Assembly: GCA_964407245.1 (NCBI GenBank)
Contig: CAYOUY010000170.1
Span: 380-64,379 of the forward strand
Direction: 5' to 3'
Source: an uncultured Acidobacteriaceae bacterium
GTDB taxonomy: Bacteria; Acidobacteriota; Terriglobia; Terriglobales; Acidobacteriaceae
Length of the DNA stretch: 64,000 nucleotides
In this document: one piece after another, positions 36,518-47,019 of the stretch
Numbering within the stretch: position 1 is the stretch's first letter
Layout of the letters: each line of letters opens with the position of its first letter
Notes under the pieces: generated by a model
Told to the model about the DNA's origin: nothing
Databases searched by the model: none
The model's input: only the letters and a program-made list of their open reading frames with translations
Translations under genes and position numbers: made by a program

Positions 36518-37891
36518 GTGGCTCAGGTACAAACCAAGCCGGTTGAGTATCCGACGCACTCCGAGGTCGAAGAAATCCGCAAGCCGGAATTCGACATGCC
36601 CCCTTCCCAAGGGGTATCGCTCGGCCATCTTCGAGTGATGTGGGAAGGGCGACGTCTGATTGCGAAGGTGGCTTTCGCCAGCTTACTCACAGGGACTCTG
36701 CTGGCTTTCCTCCTACCCACGCGGTACACCTCGACCGCAAGGCTGATGCCCCCAGACAAGCAGTCGGGCCAGGGGATGGCAATGTTGGCGGCATTGACAG
36801 GCAAGGCCAACGGTCTGGCTGGGATGGCTGGCGATCTGCTTGGGATGAACACTACGGGTGCCGTTTTCGTCGGCATCCTGGAGAGTGATACCGTTCAGGA
36901 TCGGCTCGTACAGCAGTTTGATTTGAAGCGAGTTTACTGGGACCGGTTTGATGAGGACGCACGCAAGGACCTAGCCGACCGGACAAAGATTACCGAGGAT
37001 CGAAAGAGCGGAATCATCACGATCAGCGTCACGGACAGAAAACCTGCCCAAGCCACCGCGATGGCGCAAGCTTATGTGGATGAACTAAACCGGCTGGCCG
37101 CAGAACTTTCTACCTCCGCGGCCCACCGGGAACGGGTCTTCCTCGAAGAGCGGCTTAAAGCGGTTAAGCATGATCTGGATCAAGCGTCGGTGGATTTTAG
37201 CGACTTCTCCAGCAAGAACGCTGCGATCGATATCAAGGAGCAAGCGCGGGCCATGGTGGAGGCGGCCGCACAACTGCAGGGCGAACTGATCGCCGCCGAG
37301 GCGCAACAAAAAGGTCTCGAAGCGATCTATTCCTCCAATAACCCGAGGGTGCGGGCCGTCGAAGCGCGCATAGCCGAGTTACGCAGCCAACTCGAAAAAC
37401 TCGGCAACGCAGGAGTGAACGGGGAGACCACCGGAGAGCTCTATCCTTCCATCCGCAAGCTGCCGATTCTGGCGGTCAGATACGCCGACCTGTATCGCGA
37501 AACGAAGATCCAGGAAGCGGTTTACGAAACCTTGACGCAGCAGTATGAGCTGGCCAAAGTGCAGGAAGCCAAGGAAACCCCTACGGTAAAAGTGCTCGAC
37601 CCGGCCAGCCGGCCCGACCGCAAGTCGTTTCCGCCTCGTATCGTCATCATTCTGCTGTGCACGACATTTGGCCTGGTGGCCGGCTCATTTTGGGTTGTCC
37701 TGCGTGATCGCTGGGACCGGACGGAGGCGATGGATCCCCGCAAGATTTTAGCTGCGGAAGTCTTTCACTCCGTAAACGGCTACATGCCGTGGTCGTCGCC
37801 CAACGGATCGCGGGTGCAGGCCCTTGCTCACCGCGTGTGGATGCGCTTTGTGTCGCGAAAAAGTGGGCCCGAAGCTTTGGACGAATCCTAG
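36518..37891 (+). CDS. polysaccharide co-polymerase / chain-length determinant (Wzz/GumC-like), no kinase domain
   Basis: N-terminal TM followed by TRYTSTARLMPP, a long coiled-coil periplasmic region and a C-terminal TM. No Walker motifs. Confidence 0.8.
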   Translation: MAQVQTKPVEYPTHSEVEEIRKPEFDMPPSQGVSLGHLRVMWEGRRLIAKVAFASLLTGTLLAFLLPTRYTSTARLMPPDKQSGQGMAMLAALTGKANGLAGMAGDLLGMNTTGAVFVGILESDTVQDRLVQQFDLKRVYWDRFDEDARKDLADRTKITEDRKSGIITISVTDRKPAQATAMAQAYVDELNRLAAELSTSAAHRERVFLEERLKAVKHDLDQASVDFSDFSSKNAAIDIKEQARAMVEAAAQLQGELIAAEAQQKGLEAIYSSNNPRVRAVEARIAELRSQLEKLGNAGVNGETTGELYPSIRKLPILAVRYADLYRETKIQEAVYETLTQQYELAKVQEAKETPTVKVLDPASRPDRKSFPPRIVIILLCTTFGLVAGSFWVVLRDRWDRTEAMDPRKILAAEVFHSVNGYMPWSSPNGSRVQALAHRVWMRFVSRKSGPEALDES

Positions 37892-37916
37892 AGACCTCAA
37901 GATTCTTAGCCTCAAA

Positions 37917-39485
37917 ATGGGCAACGGTGAGCGAGTTCGAGATGATGGCCGCAATACGCCATCACTTCTACGCAACGGTTTCCTTAACGTGGGCGGACAG
38001 GTTGCCCGGGGCGCAGTCGTTGTGCTGGCAATCCCTTTTTTGATCCGCCTATTGGGGATTGCGGAATACGGAGTGTGGTCGTTCGCCTATGCGTTCCTTG
38101 CATTGGTGACAATGTGCGAAGCTGGCTTCTCGGTTGCGGCCGCCGTCTTTCTCTCGAAGGATCTTGCAAACGACAATGTTGTAGCAGCGGGGCATACTCT
38201 GACATTCATCATTCTGAGTGCACTATTGTTGTCGTCTGCTCTCGCGTTGGTGTTGTGGTTTGCCGGACCCCTAATCGCGCGACTTTTAACTTCATTTGCT
38301 CCTGCTGAGCGCTCCGCCGCAGGTCACGCGATGCAAATAGCTGGCATTGCCGCCGCCATCCTCATTTTTCAGCGTACGCTGGTGGGCATCGAGCAGGCGT
38401 TCGATCGATACGCTGTCATTAATGCGCTCGACCTCGTACAAACTCTGCTGACAAACTTGGGATTCATGGCAGTGGCTGCTTGGGGCGGAAGAACCGTTGG
38501 ACTCATGAAGTGGCAAATCACAGCCAGCGTGCTCGTTCTTCTCGCTCATATTTATGTCGTACGCAGCTTTTCTCGAGCGCACAGGCTAGCCTTCGGATGG
38601 AATATAAACAAGGCGCAAGAGATTTTTCGGTACTCCATCGCAACCTGGACCGCAACGCTGGGAAGTGCAGCCTTCAGTCAGTGCGATCGATTGATTGTCG
38701 GCGCGGTACTGGGCCCCTCCTTGTTGGGCATTTATTCGGCGATCACAAACATAACCTCTAAGATCAATACGGTCTCGGCAACAGCAGTGCAGCCGCTTGT
38801 TCCCTCGCTCAGTCGCGATGTTGCGGTGAGCGCTCCATCCCAACACCGAATGCGACTGTCGACACGCCTGAACGCCTTGATCGCGATCGGTGCTGGCATG
38901 TGCATCTACCTGCTCGCCGATCTGTTTTTGCGAGTCCTGGGCACTGGTGACGGGGGTGGACAATACGTTCAGGCTTTGCAGATTGCTGCCGTTATCTATG
39001 CGCTTTACTCGCTCAGTGCTCCCGGCTACTTCGTCCTATTTTCCAGGGGGGGAGTGCCCACGATTGCCCTCGCGACACTTTCGTCGGGGCTTTTCTCCTT
39101 GCTTTTGATTTTTACAGGAGCGCGCTATCTCGGGCTGCTGGGTGCAATCGTAGGAAATGCAGGGTATTTGGGCACGCTTGCGATGATCGTCGCAGCGTCC
39201 AGAAAGACAGGAATTGCACTGAGCCGTTTCTTCAACTGGATAGCATTTCCGCTGGTTTGTTTCTGTGTGGCGTTGGCGGTGGGCTGGATCTTGCGTGCAC
39301 ATCTTACCTGGCGAGCCGCTGTCGTCGTCGCAGAGACACTTTTGTTCTCGATCTGGTTCTTCTACGGTCGCGCCAAAGAAACACGAATGGACTTCGCAGG
39401 TGCACCATCCGTGAGTGATCTCAATCCATACACCGTGCACGCTTTGGGCGATCCGGCTTTGCCAAATCCCTGGACCAGCGAGTAA
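37917..39485 (+). CDS. polysaccharide flippase (Wzx, MOP superfamily)
   Basis: 12-14 TM helices. N-terminus LLRNGFLNVGGQVARGAVVVLAIPFLIRLLGIAEYGVW is typical of Wzx/PST flippases. Confidence 0.8.
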   Translation: MGNGERVRDDGRNTPSLLRNGFLNVGGQVARGAVVVLAIPFLIRLLGIAEYGVWSFAYAFLALVTMCEAGFSVAAAVFLSKDLANDNVVAAGHTLTFIILSALLLSSALALVLWFAGPLIARLLTSFAPAERSAAGHAMQIAGIAAAILIFQRTLVGIEQAFDRYAVINALDLVQTLLTNLGFMAVAAWGGRTVGLMKWQITASVLVLLAHIYVVRSFSRAHRLAFGWNINKAQEIFRYSIATWTATLGSAAFSQCDRLIVGAVLGPSLLGIYSAITNITSKINTVSATAVQPLVPSLSRDVAVSAPSQHRMRLSTRLNALIAIGAGMCIYLLADLFLRVLGTGDGGGQYVQALQIAAVIYALYSLSAPGYFVLFSRGGVPTIALATLSSGLFSLLLIFTGARYLGLLGAIVGNAGYLGTLAMIVAASRKTGIALSRFFNWIAFPLVCFCVALAVGWILRAHLTWRAAVVVAETLLFSIWFFYGRAKETRMDFAGAPSVSDLNPYTVHALGDPALPNPWTSE

Positions 39486-39497
39486 ACGAGGCCTCCC

Positions 39498-40313
39498 TTG
39501 GGATTCAAAACGCTTTTCCAGAAGCTGCGTCTGAAAGCTTCTCCTTATCATTGCGCGCCTGGGAGACTGTCACTCAAGCACGTGTCGCTCAGCCACCCTT
39601 CCGTTGGACGGTTCGACTTGGTTGTACCCAGGAATGAGGACGTTGGAAGGCTTATTTATTATCTTCGAACCTACGAACCAGAGTGCACGGAATATCTCAT
39701 GCGGTTGCTCCGTTCTGATGACATTTGTTTTGATGTGGGTGCCAATCTCGGGTACTACACGGTTTTGATGGCGAAGGCGGTCCCCCGCGGACGAGTGTAT
39801 GCCTTTGAGCCGGATCCTCTCAGCCATGCGTTGTTGCAATTGAATGTGCGCATGAATCGGCTGGGGAACGTGATCACAAACGATTTGGCACTGGGAGATC
39901 GAACAGGTACGTCGACATTCGTGCAGTGCACAGATAGCGCTTTCAACTCCTTCAAGGACACTGCCAGGAGGGCGGTATTGAACGAAATTGAAGTTCCGGT
40001 GACCACCATCGACGATTTCATGGTCGAACATGGTGTACCTCGAGTAGATTTCGTCAAGATGGATGTTGAAGGGGCGGAAGGCCTAGTTCTGTGCGGAGCA
40101 AGAAATCTGTTGCGGAATTCTGCGCTGCGCCCTCGAATGTTGCTGTCTGAACTGTTTGACGAAAACCATAAAGCCTTCGGCGACTCTGCGGCTGAGATCG
40201 TTGAAAGTCTCCGACGATCTGGATACGAACGCATCTGGCCCGCGGGCAATGGATCAGGACCAGACCTGATCAATGGTTTCTTCGAGGCCAAGCGTGAACC
40301 GGCAGCTGCTTAG
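39498..40313 (+). CDS. FkbM family methyltransferase
   Basis: CFDVGANLGYYTV...YAFEP...VDFVKMDVEGAE motifs. TTG start uncertain. Confidence 0.8.
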   Translation: MGFKTLFQKLRLKASPYHCAPGRLSLKHVSLSHPSVGRFDLVVPRNEDVGRLIYYLRTYEPECTEYLMRLLRSDDICFDVGANLGYYTVLMAKAVPRGRVYAFEPDPLSHALLQLNVRMNRLGNVITNDLALGDRTGTSTFVQCTDSAFNSFKDTARRAVLNEIEVPVTTIDDFMVEHGVPRVDFVKMDVEGAEGLVLCGARNLLRNSALRPRMLLSELFDENHKAFGDSAAEIVESLRRSGYERIWPAGNGSGPDLINGFFEAKREPAAA

Positions 40314-40322
40314 CCCAAAGTT

Positions 40323-41129
40323 ATGAAGAAAGTCTCCATCGTAACGATTTCGTTCAACCAGGCTTCATTTCTGGGGCGCGCGATCGTGTCCGTCCTGGAG
40401 CAGGATTATGCGGACATTGAATACATCGTGGTTGACGCGGGATCGACCGATGGTAGCCGCGACATCATCAAACGCTATGAACCGCGAATATCTAAGATCA
40501 TTTTTGAACCTGATCATGGACCCGCTGATGGACTGAACAAAGGCTTCGCTCACGCAACAGGTGAGATCTTGGGATTTCTGAACTCCGATGACGTGTTGTT
40601 GCCCGGCGCGGTAGCCAGCGCGGTCACCTTCCTAAGCTCGAATAATAATGTGGACGTCGTATACGGCCACGCGAATGTCATCGATTCTGAAGATCGCGTC
40701 CTAAGAATCGCGTATTCTGATCCCTTTTCCTTGAAGATGGTTGCATACGGTGCTTGTGTGCTGGTTCAGCCTTCGACATTTTTCAAGCGAAGCGCCTTCG
40801 AGCGCGTGCGTGGATTCAACATTAATTGCAAAGCAAGCTGGGACGGTCAATTGTGGGTGGATATGGCGCTGGCGGGTGCGCGATTCGCCCGCACGAATCA
40901 GATTTGGAGCGGTTACCGGCTTCATTCTCAGAGCATCACGTCATCTGGACGCCTCCACAAACAGCAGCGAGAAGACTCATTAAGAATGTTCCGCAAAATT
41001 CTTGGACGCGAGTGGAACCGAACTGACTGGCTCGTCGCTGAAGCCTGTCGTGTCACGAAGCATGTCAGTGGGCCCCGCGCGCTGTACGAGCGGTTGCTGC
41101 GAGGACCGATAGCGGGGCGTACCGGCTAA
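40323..41129 (+). CDS. glycosyltransferase family 2
   Basis: VSIVTISFNQASFLGRAIVSVLEQDY...VVDAGSTDGS...LNSDD (DxD). Confidence 0.9.
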   Translation: MKKVSIVTISFNQASFLGRAIVSVLEQDYADIEYIVVDAGSTDGSRDIIKRYEPRISKIIFEPDHGPADGLNKGFAHATGEILGFLNSDDVLLPGAVASAVTFLSSNNNVDVVYGHANVIDSEDRVLRIAYSDPFSLKMVAYGACVLVQPSTFFKRSAFERVRGFNINCKASWDGQLWVDMALAGARFARTNQIWSGYRLHSQSITSSGRLHKQQREDSLRMFRKILGREWNRTDWLVAEACRVTKHVSGPRALYERLLRGPIAGRTG

Positions 41130-41156
41130 GGGTGTTCACCAGGTTTCGGAGCTTGC

Positions 41157-42455
41157 GTGTCTACATTCGCTCAAACGTATCCAGGTCAGGCCTTTGCCAG
41201 GGAATCTGTTTCCGGAGACATTCTCGCATTCGCCATCCCCTGTTTACAGTTTCTCAAGTTCAATGTCGTCGGCATCTTATATGCGTCGGATTTGCTACTC
41301 GCGATCACTTTTTTGTATTTTGCCTTCAGTGGCAAGCTTAAGCTGTCTACATCACTTTCCAGGAAATTTGTTGTTCTCTGCGCGATATGGCTCGGTTCAC
41401 AAGTCGTAACGGATCTGATCGTCCACTCGGCCTTTGCCGATTACGCTCGCGGGTGGAGCAGAATCATCACGACCCTGGTCTCCTTCTGCGTGCTGTACCC
41501 TCTCCTTTATGGGCGTTCACTGCGGCTTCTGCTTTACGGTTGGGGGCTGGTCATCGGCGGCACGCTGGAGTTGCTGATCGATCCGGGTCAATGGGGAAAG
41601 GATTATCCATGGAAGTTCGGGTTGTGCTTTCCGGTTACGCTGGTGGCGTTTCTGGTTGCTTCCCGCAAGAGTTCCACTGCTTATTCGGCGATTATCCTGA
41701 GCACTCTCATCGGTCTCATCAATATTGCAGCTGGGACCCGTAGTCGAGGGGGCGTCTGCTTAGTTGTGGCGCTGTATCTGTTGCTTAGTCTGCCTGCTCG
41801 TCAGAAATGTTCGATACCCCACGCGTTCAAAGGTAGATCAGTGCTGGCGATTGTTGGCGGAATTGCGTTAGCTATTGTTGCAGTCCTGTGGGTGTATGAC
41901 CGTGCCGCCAACACGGGACTACTGGGAGGAAGTGCAAAAGAGGAATACCTGCAACAGTCCAGCGGAGACTACGGCGTATTGTTGGGAGGCCGGAGTGCGA
42001 TTCTCGGATCGATACCGGCAATTCTCGATTCCCCCATCCTGGGGCATGGATCGTGGGCAAGAGATCCAATCTACGTGCTGGCCCAGATGCAAGCGATGGC
42101 TGAGATGGGGTATGAAAACTTGTCTGCTGTGGAGGAGGAGGAGTTAGACGAAGGGTACATTCCTGCACATTCTTACCTGTTCGGTGCCTGGGTGGAGGCG
42201 GGACTTGCGGGCGCGGTTTTTTGGGGGTGGATTCTGATAATGGCACTAAAGATTTTTTTCCGGGCGTATCCTCTGAGCGCGACTTTGCTTCCACTCGCCG
42301 CGTTTTGCGCCCTTTCATTAGCGTGGGACGTTGTGTTCTCTCCGTATGGCGCACAGCAACGGCTTATTGTTCCTTATTACGTATTGATGTTAATGACAGT
42401 ACTAGGCGTGGAAGGTCTCAAGAGGTCGACTGGCGCAGTTGGAGCGGACTTGTAA
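41157..42455 (+). CDS. O-antigen polymerase/ligase-like membrane protein (Wzy candidate)
   Basis: Polytopic membrane protein with a large loop and HSYLFGAWVEAGLAG, a Wzy_C-like motif. Confidence 0.68.
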   Translation: MSTFAQTYPGQAFARESVSGDILAFAIPCLQFLKFNVVGILYASDLLLAITFLYFAFSGKLKLSTSLSRKFVVLCAIWLGSQVVTDLIVHSAFADYARGWSRIITTLVSFCVLYPLLYGRSLRLLLYGWGLVIGGTLELLIDPGQWGKDYPWKFGLCFPVTLVAFLVASRKSSTAYSAIILSTLIGLINIAAGTRSRGGVCLVVALYLLLSLPARQKCSIPHAFKGRSVLAIVGGIALAIVAVLWVYDRAANTGLLGGSAKEEYLQQSSGDYGVLLGGRSAILGSIPAILDSPILGHGSWARDPIYVLAQMQAMAEMGYENLSAVEEEELDEGYIPAHSYLFGAWVEAGLAGAVFWGWILIMALKIFFRAYPLSATLLPLAAFCALSLAWDVVFSPYGAQQRLIVPYYVLMLMTVLGVEGLKRSTGAVGADL

Positions 42456-42464
42456 CTCCCCAGG

Positions 42465-43718
42465 ATGTCGGTCGCAAACGAACAAAGAATGAAGATCATA
42501 GGTTTCGCGGAAGGCGTCCGGGGCGATTCCGCCGGACTGGTGGCGGTGCCCATGATTCTCAGCAGCACGGCCGCCCGAGGACATAACGTCATTTTGCTCG
42601 TTGCTGGGAATCCGATTCCGACCGGACGGGACTTCATCGTTGCCGATCCCGACCAAGCCTTGGCGCGCAGGCAAGGGCTTGGGACCTTTGGGATGGTGAG
42701 CAGTAAGGCGCGTACGCGTTGGGCCTGCAGTCCTTCGATGTTGTGGCGCTTCAGCCGGCTGGTACGCGACGCCGATTTGGTGACGCTGCACTCGCTGTAT
42801 TCCTTTCCGGTGCTGGCCGGGCACCTGCTCGCACGCTATCATCGCAAGCCGTACGGAATTTGGCCGCATGGAGTGCTTGCTCCCGTTCAACGAAGTATCG
42901 GTGTTACAAAAAAGTACCTGTACAACAAGCTGTTTGCTAAGCGGATTCTGCAAAATGCATCCGTGATTTTCTATAGCGCCGAAGGCGAGCGCGAAGAAGC
43001 TCGCTGCCTGGGTCTCTCGACGCCATCGGTGGTGATTCCCGATGGCTTCAATCCCGAGGCATTCGCGAATCTGCCCGAGAGGGGCCGCTTTCGAAAACGC
43101 TTCTTGAATGATCATACCGGGCCGCTGGTCCTTTTCTTGGCGCGGTTGCATGCGAAAAAGGGGCTGGACATATTGATACGAGCCATGAAAGACGTCGTCG
43201 CCCAGCGGCCTGAGACTCGACTTGCCATCGTCGGCCCTCCGGATCCCATGTCATTTAACAAGCAAGTACTGCAGTGGGTAGAAGAAGCCGGCATTCAGGC
43301 GCAGACAGTGCTTCCAGGTGTTGCCAACGCGGAAATGCGTCTTGAAGCCTTCGCGGACGCTGACCTGTACGCCCTTCCCTCGCACGCGGAAAATTTTGGC
43401 TTCAGCGTTTTCGAAGCGATGGCCTGCGGTCTTCCCGTGGTGGTGAGCGACACGCTGAATTATGCGAGCGAAATTGCGCAAGCTGGCGCCGGATTCGCGC
43501 TGCCTCGAACACCGGAGTGCTTTTCGGCTGCGATTCTGAATCTTCTTAACCGGCCTGACCTGCGTCGCGAAATGGGATCTCAGGGCCGGCAGTTTGCCCG
43601 CAGGTATTCGCTGGAGGAGACCGGGGCCAAGGTGGAGACAACACTGCAAAGCATTCTTCAACGGCACCCTTTTCCTCCCGAACTGGCGCCTGCAATGCCA
43701 ACTGCAAGTCAATCTTGA
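42465..43718 (+). CDS. glycosyltransferase family 4 (GT-B, GT1-type)
   Basis: LFLARLHAKKGLD...LPSHAENFGFSVFEAMACGLPVVVSD (EX7E region). Confidence 0.9.
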   Translation: MSVANEQRMKIIGFAEGVRGDSAGLVAVPMILSSTAARGHNVILLVAGNPIPTGRDFIVADPDQALARRQGLGTFGMVSSKARTRWACSPSMLWRFSRLVRDADLVTLHSLYSFPVLAGHLLARYHRKPYGIWPHGVLAPVQRSIGVTKKYLYNKLFAKRILQNASVIFYSAEGEREEARCLGLSTPSVVIPDGFNPEAFANLPERGRFRKRFLNDHTGPLVLFLARLHAKKGLDILIRAMKDVVAQRPETRLAIVGPPDPMSFNKQVLQWVEEAGIQAQTVLPGVANAEMRLEAFADADLYALPSHAENFGFSVFEAMACGLPVVVSDTLNYASEIAQAGAGFALPRTPECFSAAILNLLNRPDLRREMGSQGRQFARRYSLEETGAKVETTLQSILQRHPFPPELAPAMPTASQS

Positions 43719-43749
43719 TGGTGCAATCTCCCTGGACTTCTGAGGGGCT

Positions 43750-44595
43750 ATGGCATCGACTGCAAAATTCCATGGATTTCGGAGAACTCAATCGATGTTT
43801 AGAGATTTGGTCCGTCGACAGGCGCGCCGGCTCGGGGTTGAATGCAGCACCCCGTACCTAAGACTAAAGAGGTTCTATCCGCGCCCTTCCGAAATGAGCC
43901 GGCTCGCCAGAATGCTTGCAGCACACAAGGTTACAGTCGTCTTCGATATCGGGGCAAATGTGGGACAGTTTGGGATGGAATTAAGGCTCGCGGGCTACCG
44001 CGGCCGGATCGTGTCGTTCGAACCATTGTCGAGCGCGCACACTCGATTAACGGCCCGGGCTAAGGGTGATCGTAATTGGATGGTTGCTCCCCAGATGGCC
44101 ATCGGTAGCTCGGATGGTTGGGCCGATATCAACGTTTCGGGAGACAGTGTCTCGAGTTCCGTTCTGGACATGCTCAATGTTCATCTCGAAGCTGCTCCCG
44201 ACTCTGCGTATGTGGGCCGCGAGCGCATTGTAATGCGAAGATTGGATACCGTCGCTGGGGAATACCTGCAGGACGTGGACATATTATTTCTGAAAGCGGA
44301 CGTGCAAGGTTGCGAGACACAGGTCCTGGAGGGGGCACGAGGGCTTTTTTCAAGAGTAGTCGGACTACATCTTGAACTGGCGCTAGTCCCATGTTATCGA
44401 GGCCAGGCAGATTTCGATCATGTAACGAAAGCACTACGCTCAGCCGGATTCTCGTTGTGGCTCCTGTCACCCGGCACTGTGGATGAACATACTGGCCGAC
44501 AACTTCAGGTTGACGCAGTCTTTTTCCGTGACGACCCAAGCACTCTCCAGCGCTCCCCGGAGTGGTGGCTCAGCACGAGCGAGGTGCTGGGATGA
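43750..44595 (+). CDS. FkbM family methyltransferase (second copy)
   Basis: VFDIGANVGQFG...SFEP...LFLKADVQGCE motifs. Confidence 0.85.
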   Translation: MASTAKFHGFRRTQSMFRDLVRRQARRLGVECSTPYLRLKRFYPRPSEMSRLARMLAAHKVTVVFDIGANVGQFGMELRLAGYRGRIVSFEPLSSAHTRLTARAKGDRNWMVAPQMAIGSSDGWADINVSGDSVSSSVLDMLNVHLEAAPDSAYVGRERIVMRRLDTVAGEYLQDVDILFLKADVQGCETQVLEGARGLFSRVVGLHLELALVPCYRGQADFDHVTKALRSAGFSLWLLSPGTVDEHTGRQLQVDAVFFRDDPSTLQRSPEWWLSTSEVLG

Positions 44596-45623
44596 GCAGA
44601 GTTATCGTCACCGGTGGCTCGGGATTCATCGGCAGTAATCTTGTGGAACATCTCGCCGCAGCCGGTCACGATGTGCTCAATCTTGACCGGCGGCCGCCGC
44701 GGAACCCAGCCGCCGGCGGACGATTCGTCCCACTCGACATTCTGGACCGACAGGCGTTTCTCGAATGTGTAAGGAACTTCGATCCACGCTATGTCTTTCA
44801 TTTGGCGGCGCGAACCGACTTGAACGGAAACAGCGACGCCGACTATGCCACGAACATCGAAGGCGTGAGCAACACCGTCGCTGCCGCGCTTGCCGCGCCC
44901 TCACTCGAGCGCATGGTGTTTGCTTCCTCCATGTACGTCTGCCGAGTCGGGTACATACCAAGCCGTGACGACGAGTACTGCCCCCACACGGCCTACGGTC
45001 GGAGCAAAATGTTGGGAGAGCAGATCGTCAGGCGAGAGGCTGGAGATAAGTTCTGCTGGGCGCTGGTCCGCCCGACCTCAATCTGGGGTCCATGGTTCTC
45101 GATCCCATACATAACCTTTTTCCACACGGTCCGACGAGGCTTGTATGTTCATCCAAAGGGACGCACCATCAGGCGTTCTTACGGCTTCGTTCGAAACACT
45201 GTCTGGCAATTAAGACGGCTCATGGAGTGCAGTGAACCTGGCAAGGTCCACCGAAGGATGTTCTACCTGGCGGACTACGAGCCGGTTGACCCATTGCGCT
45301 GGGCCCAAATCATTGCCGATTGCTTTGGTTCGGGCAAGGTTCGAGAGGCTCCGCTCGGTCTTTTGCGAATAGGTGCGCTGATCGGAGATATGCTCAAGCT
45401 TGGGGGAATGACCAACCCGCCGCTATTTTCCTCCCGGCTAAACAACCTGCTCACCAACGCTGTATTTGACCTCAGCCCAATCGAGGAAATCAGCGGCGAG
45501 CAACCTTACACGTTGGCCGAGGGTGTCGCCATCACAGTGGAGTGGATGCGGCAGCAGGTCTTGCAATCCCCAGTAGATCTCCAGATGAGCGCTTCGCCCA
45601 TTCGCCGGACACGCGCAGAGTGA
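44592..45623 (+). CDS. NAD-dependent epimerase/dehydratase family protein
   Basis: MSRVIVTGGSGFIGSNLVEHL Rossmann motif and YGRSK catalytic YxxxK. ATGA overlap with the upstream gene. Confidence 0.85.
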   Translation: MSRVIVTGGSGFIGSNLVEHLAAAGHDVLNLDRRPPRNPAAGGRFVPLDILDRQAFLECVRNFDPRYVFHLAARTDLNGNSDADYATNIEGVSNTVAAALAAPSLERMVFASSMYVCRVGYIPSRDDEYCPHTAYGRSKMLGEQIVRREAGDKFCWALVRPTSIWGPWFSIPYITFFHTVRRGLYVHPKGRTIRRSYGFVRNTVWQLRRLMECSEPGKVHRRMFYLADYEPVDPLRWAQIIADCFGSGKVREAPLGLLRIGALIGDMLKLGGMTNPPLFSSRLNNLLTNAVFDLSPIEEISGEQPYTLAEGVAITVEWMRQQVLQSPVDLQMSASPIRRTRAE

Positions 45624-45690
45624 GGCTTTTCAAAAATACGGATACTAGTCGCGGGAAGTAACCTGTTCTGAGTTCACGAAAGGCCTGACT

Positions 45691-47016
45691 GTGCGCATTC
45701 TGATCTACGGCATCAATTTCGCTCCCGAACTGGTGGGCAATGGGAAGTACACGGGTGAAATGGCGCACTGGCTCGCCGAACGAGGCCATGATGTGCGGGT
45801 CGTGGTTGCGCCGCCATTCAATCCCGCCGGGAAAGTATTCGAGGGTTACCGGTCCTGGCAATATCGGAAGGAGAAGTTTTCAACGACGAAAAGCGCTGGA
45901 AGTCTGACTGCGTTCCGTTGTCCCCTATGGGTTTCTCGCAATCCCTCTGCATTGCGTCGACTCCTGCATCTATCGAGTTTCGCGCTTTCCAGCCTACCGG
46001 TGATGCTTGGCCAGATATTGTGGCGTCCGTCCTTAGTGTTCGTCGTCGAGCCCACGGCCTTCTGTGTGCCTGCAGGACTTATCACAGCCTGGATTACAGG
46101 CGCTCCGAGCTGGCTGCATATCCAGGATTTCGAAATAGACGCTGGATTCGCCATCGGAATGCTGAAGTCGAATGTCTTGCGCGGTCTGGTTGCCGCTGTG
46201 GACAGGAAATCCATGATGGCCTTCTATCGGCTATCGACTATTTCGCCGAAAATGATGGATCGGCTTGGAGAGAAGGGCTTCCCGCCGGCGCGCAGCGTTA
46301 TGTTTCCGAATTGGGTAGACACGACCCGCATATTCCCCGCTGGAGCACTCAGTTCGTTCCGCGACGAACTTGGCATCTCTCATGATGCGGTCGTAGCGCT
46401 TTACTCTGGGACGATGGGACGCAAGCAGGGGCTCGAGATTCTGGCCGAAGCGGCCGGTCAGCTGGGGAAGGATCCGACCATTCAGTTCGTTTTCTGTGGC
46501 GACGGATCATACCGCGATGTGCTGGCAAAAGCGAGTGCTCACCTTGCGAATGTTCGCTGGCTCCCTCTTCAGCCCATCGAGAGGCTCAATGAACTTTTGA
46601 ATCTGGCGGACATACACCTGCTGCCACAATGTGCCGGGGTCGCTGACTTGATGATGCCATCGAAGCTGACTGGAATCCTGGCCAGTGGACGCCCCGTGGT
46701 AACAACCGCGGCCGCCGACACACAGTTGGCGATTGCAGTCAAGGACTGCGGAATCCGAGTTCCCGCGCATGACGGTGCGGCGCTCGCGGACGCAATCGCC
46801 CGATTGGCCAAGGATGCGCCGTTACGGGTCCGCCTGGGGCAAAACGCGAGACGATACGCTGAAGCGAATCTGGACAAAGAGAAAATTCTTGGCTCGTTCG
46901 AGCAGGAATGCCTCCGCATCTGCAAGTGCGATCTCGACGCGACACCGCGGGAAGAGCGCCTGAGGCAGCCATCTCACGACGCAAGCTGGAAATCCTCCAT
47001 CGACCGGTCCGCCTAG
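45691..47016 (+). CDS. WcaI-like glycosyltransferase (GT4)
   Basis: (M)RILIYGINFAPELVGNGKYTGEMAHWLAERGHDV is the characteristic WcaI-type N-terminus. GTG start. Confidence 0.85.
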   Translation: MRILIYGINFAPELVGNGKYTGEMAHWLAERGHDVRVVVAPPFNPAGKVFEGYRSWQYRKEKFSTTKSAGSLTAFRCPLWVSRNPSALRRLLHLSSFALSSLPVMLGQILWRPSLVFVVEPTAFCVPAGLITAWITGAPSWLHIQDFEIDAGFAIGMLKSNVLRGLVAAVDRKSMMAFYRLSTISPKMMDRLGEKGFPPARSVMFPNWVDTTRIFPAGALSSFRDELGISHDAVVALYSGTMGRKQGLEILAEAAGQLGKDPTIQFVFCGDGSYRDVLAKASAHLANVRWLPLQPIERLNELLNLADIHLLPQCAGVADLMMPSKLTGILASGRPVVTTAAADTQLAIAVKDCGIRVPAHDGAALADAIARLAKDAPLRVRLGQNARRYAEANLDKEKILGSFEQECLRICKCDLDATPREERLRQPSHDASWKSSIDRSA

Positions 47017-47019
47017 AAA

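Noticed and set aside
42402-43151. 249-aa minus-strand ORF
   Set aside because: It is antisense to the GT4 glycosyltransferase.
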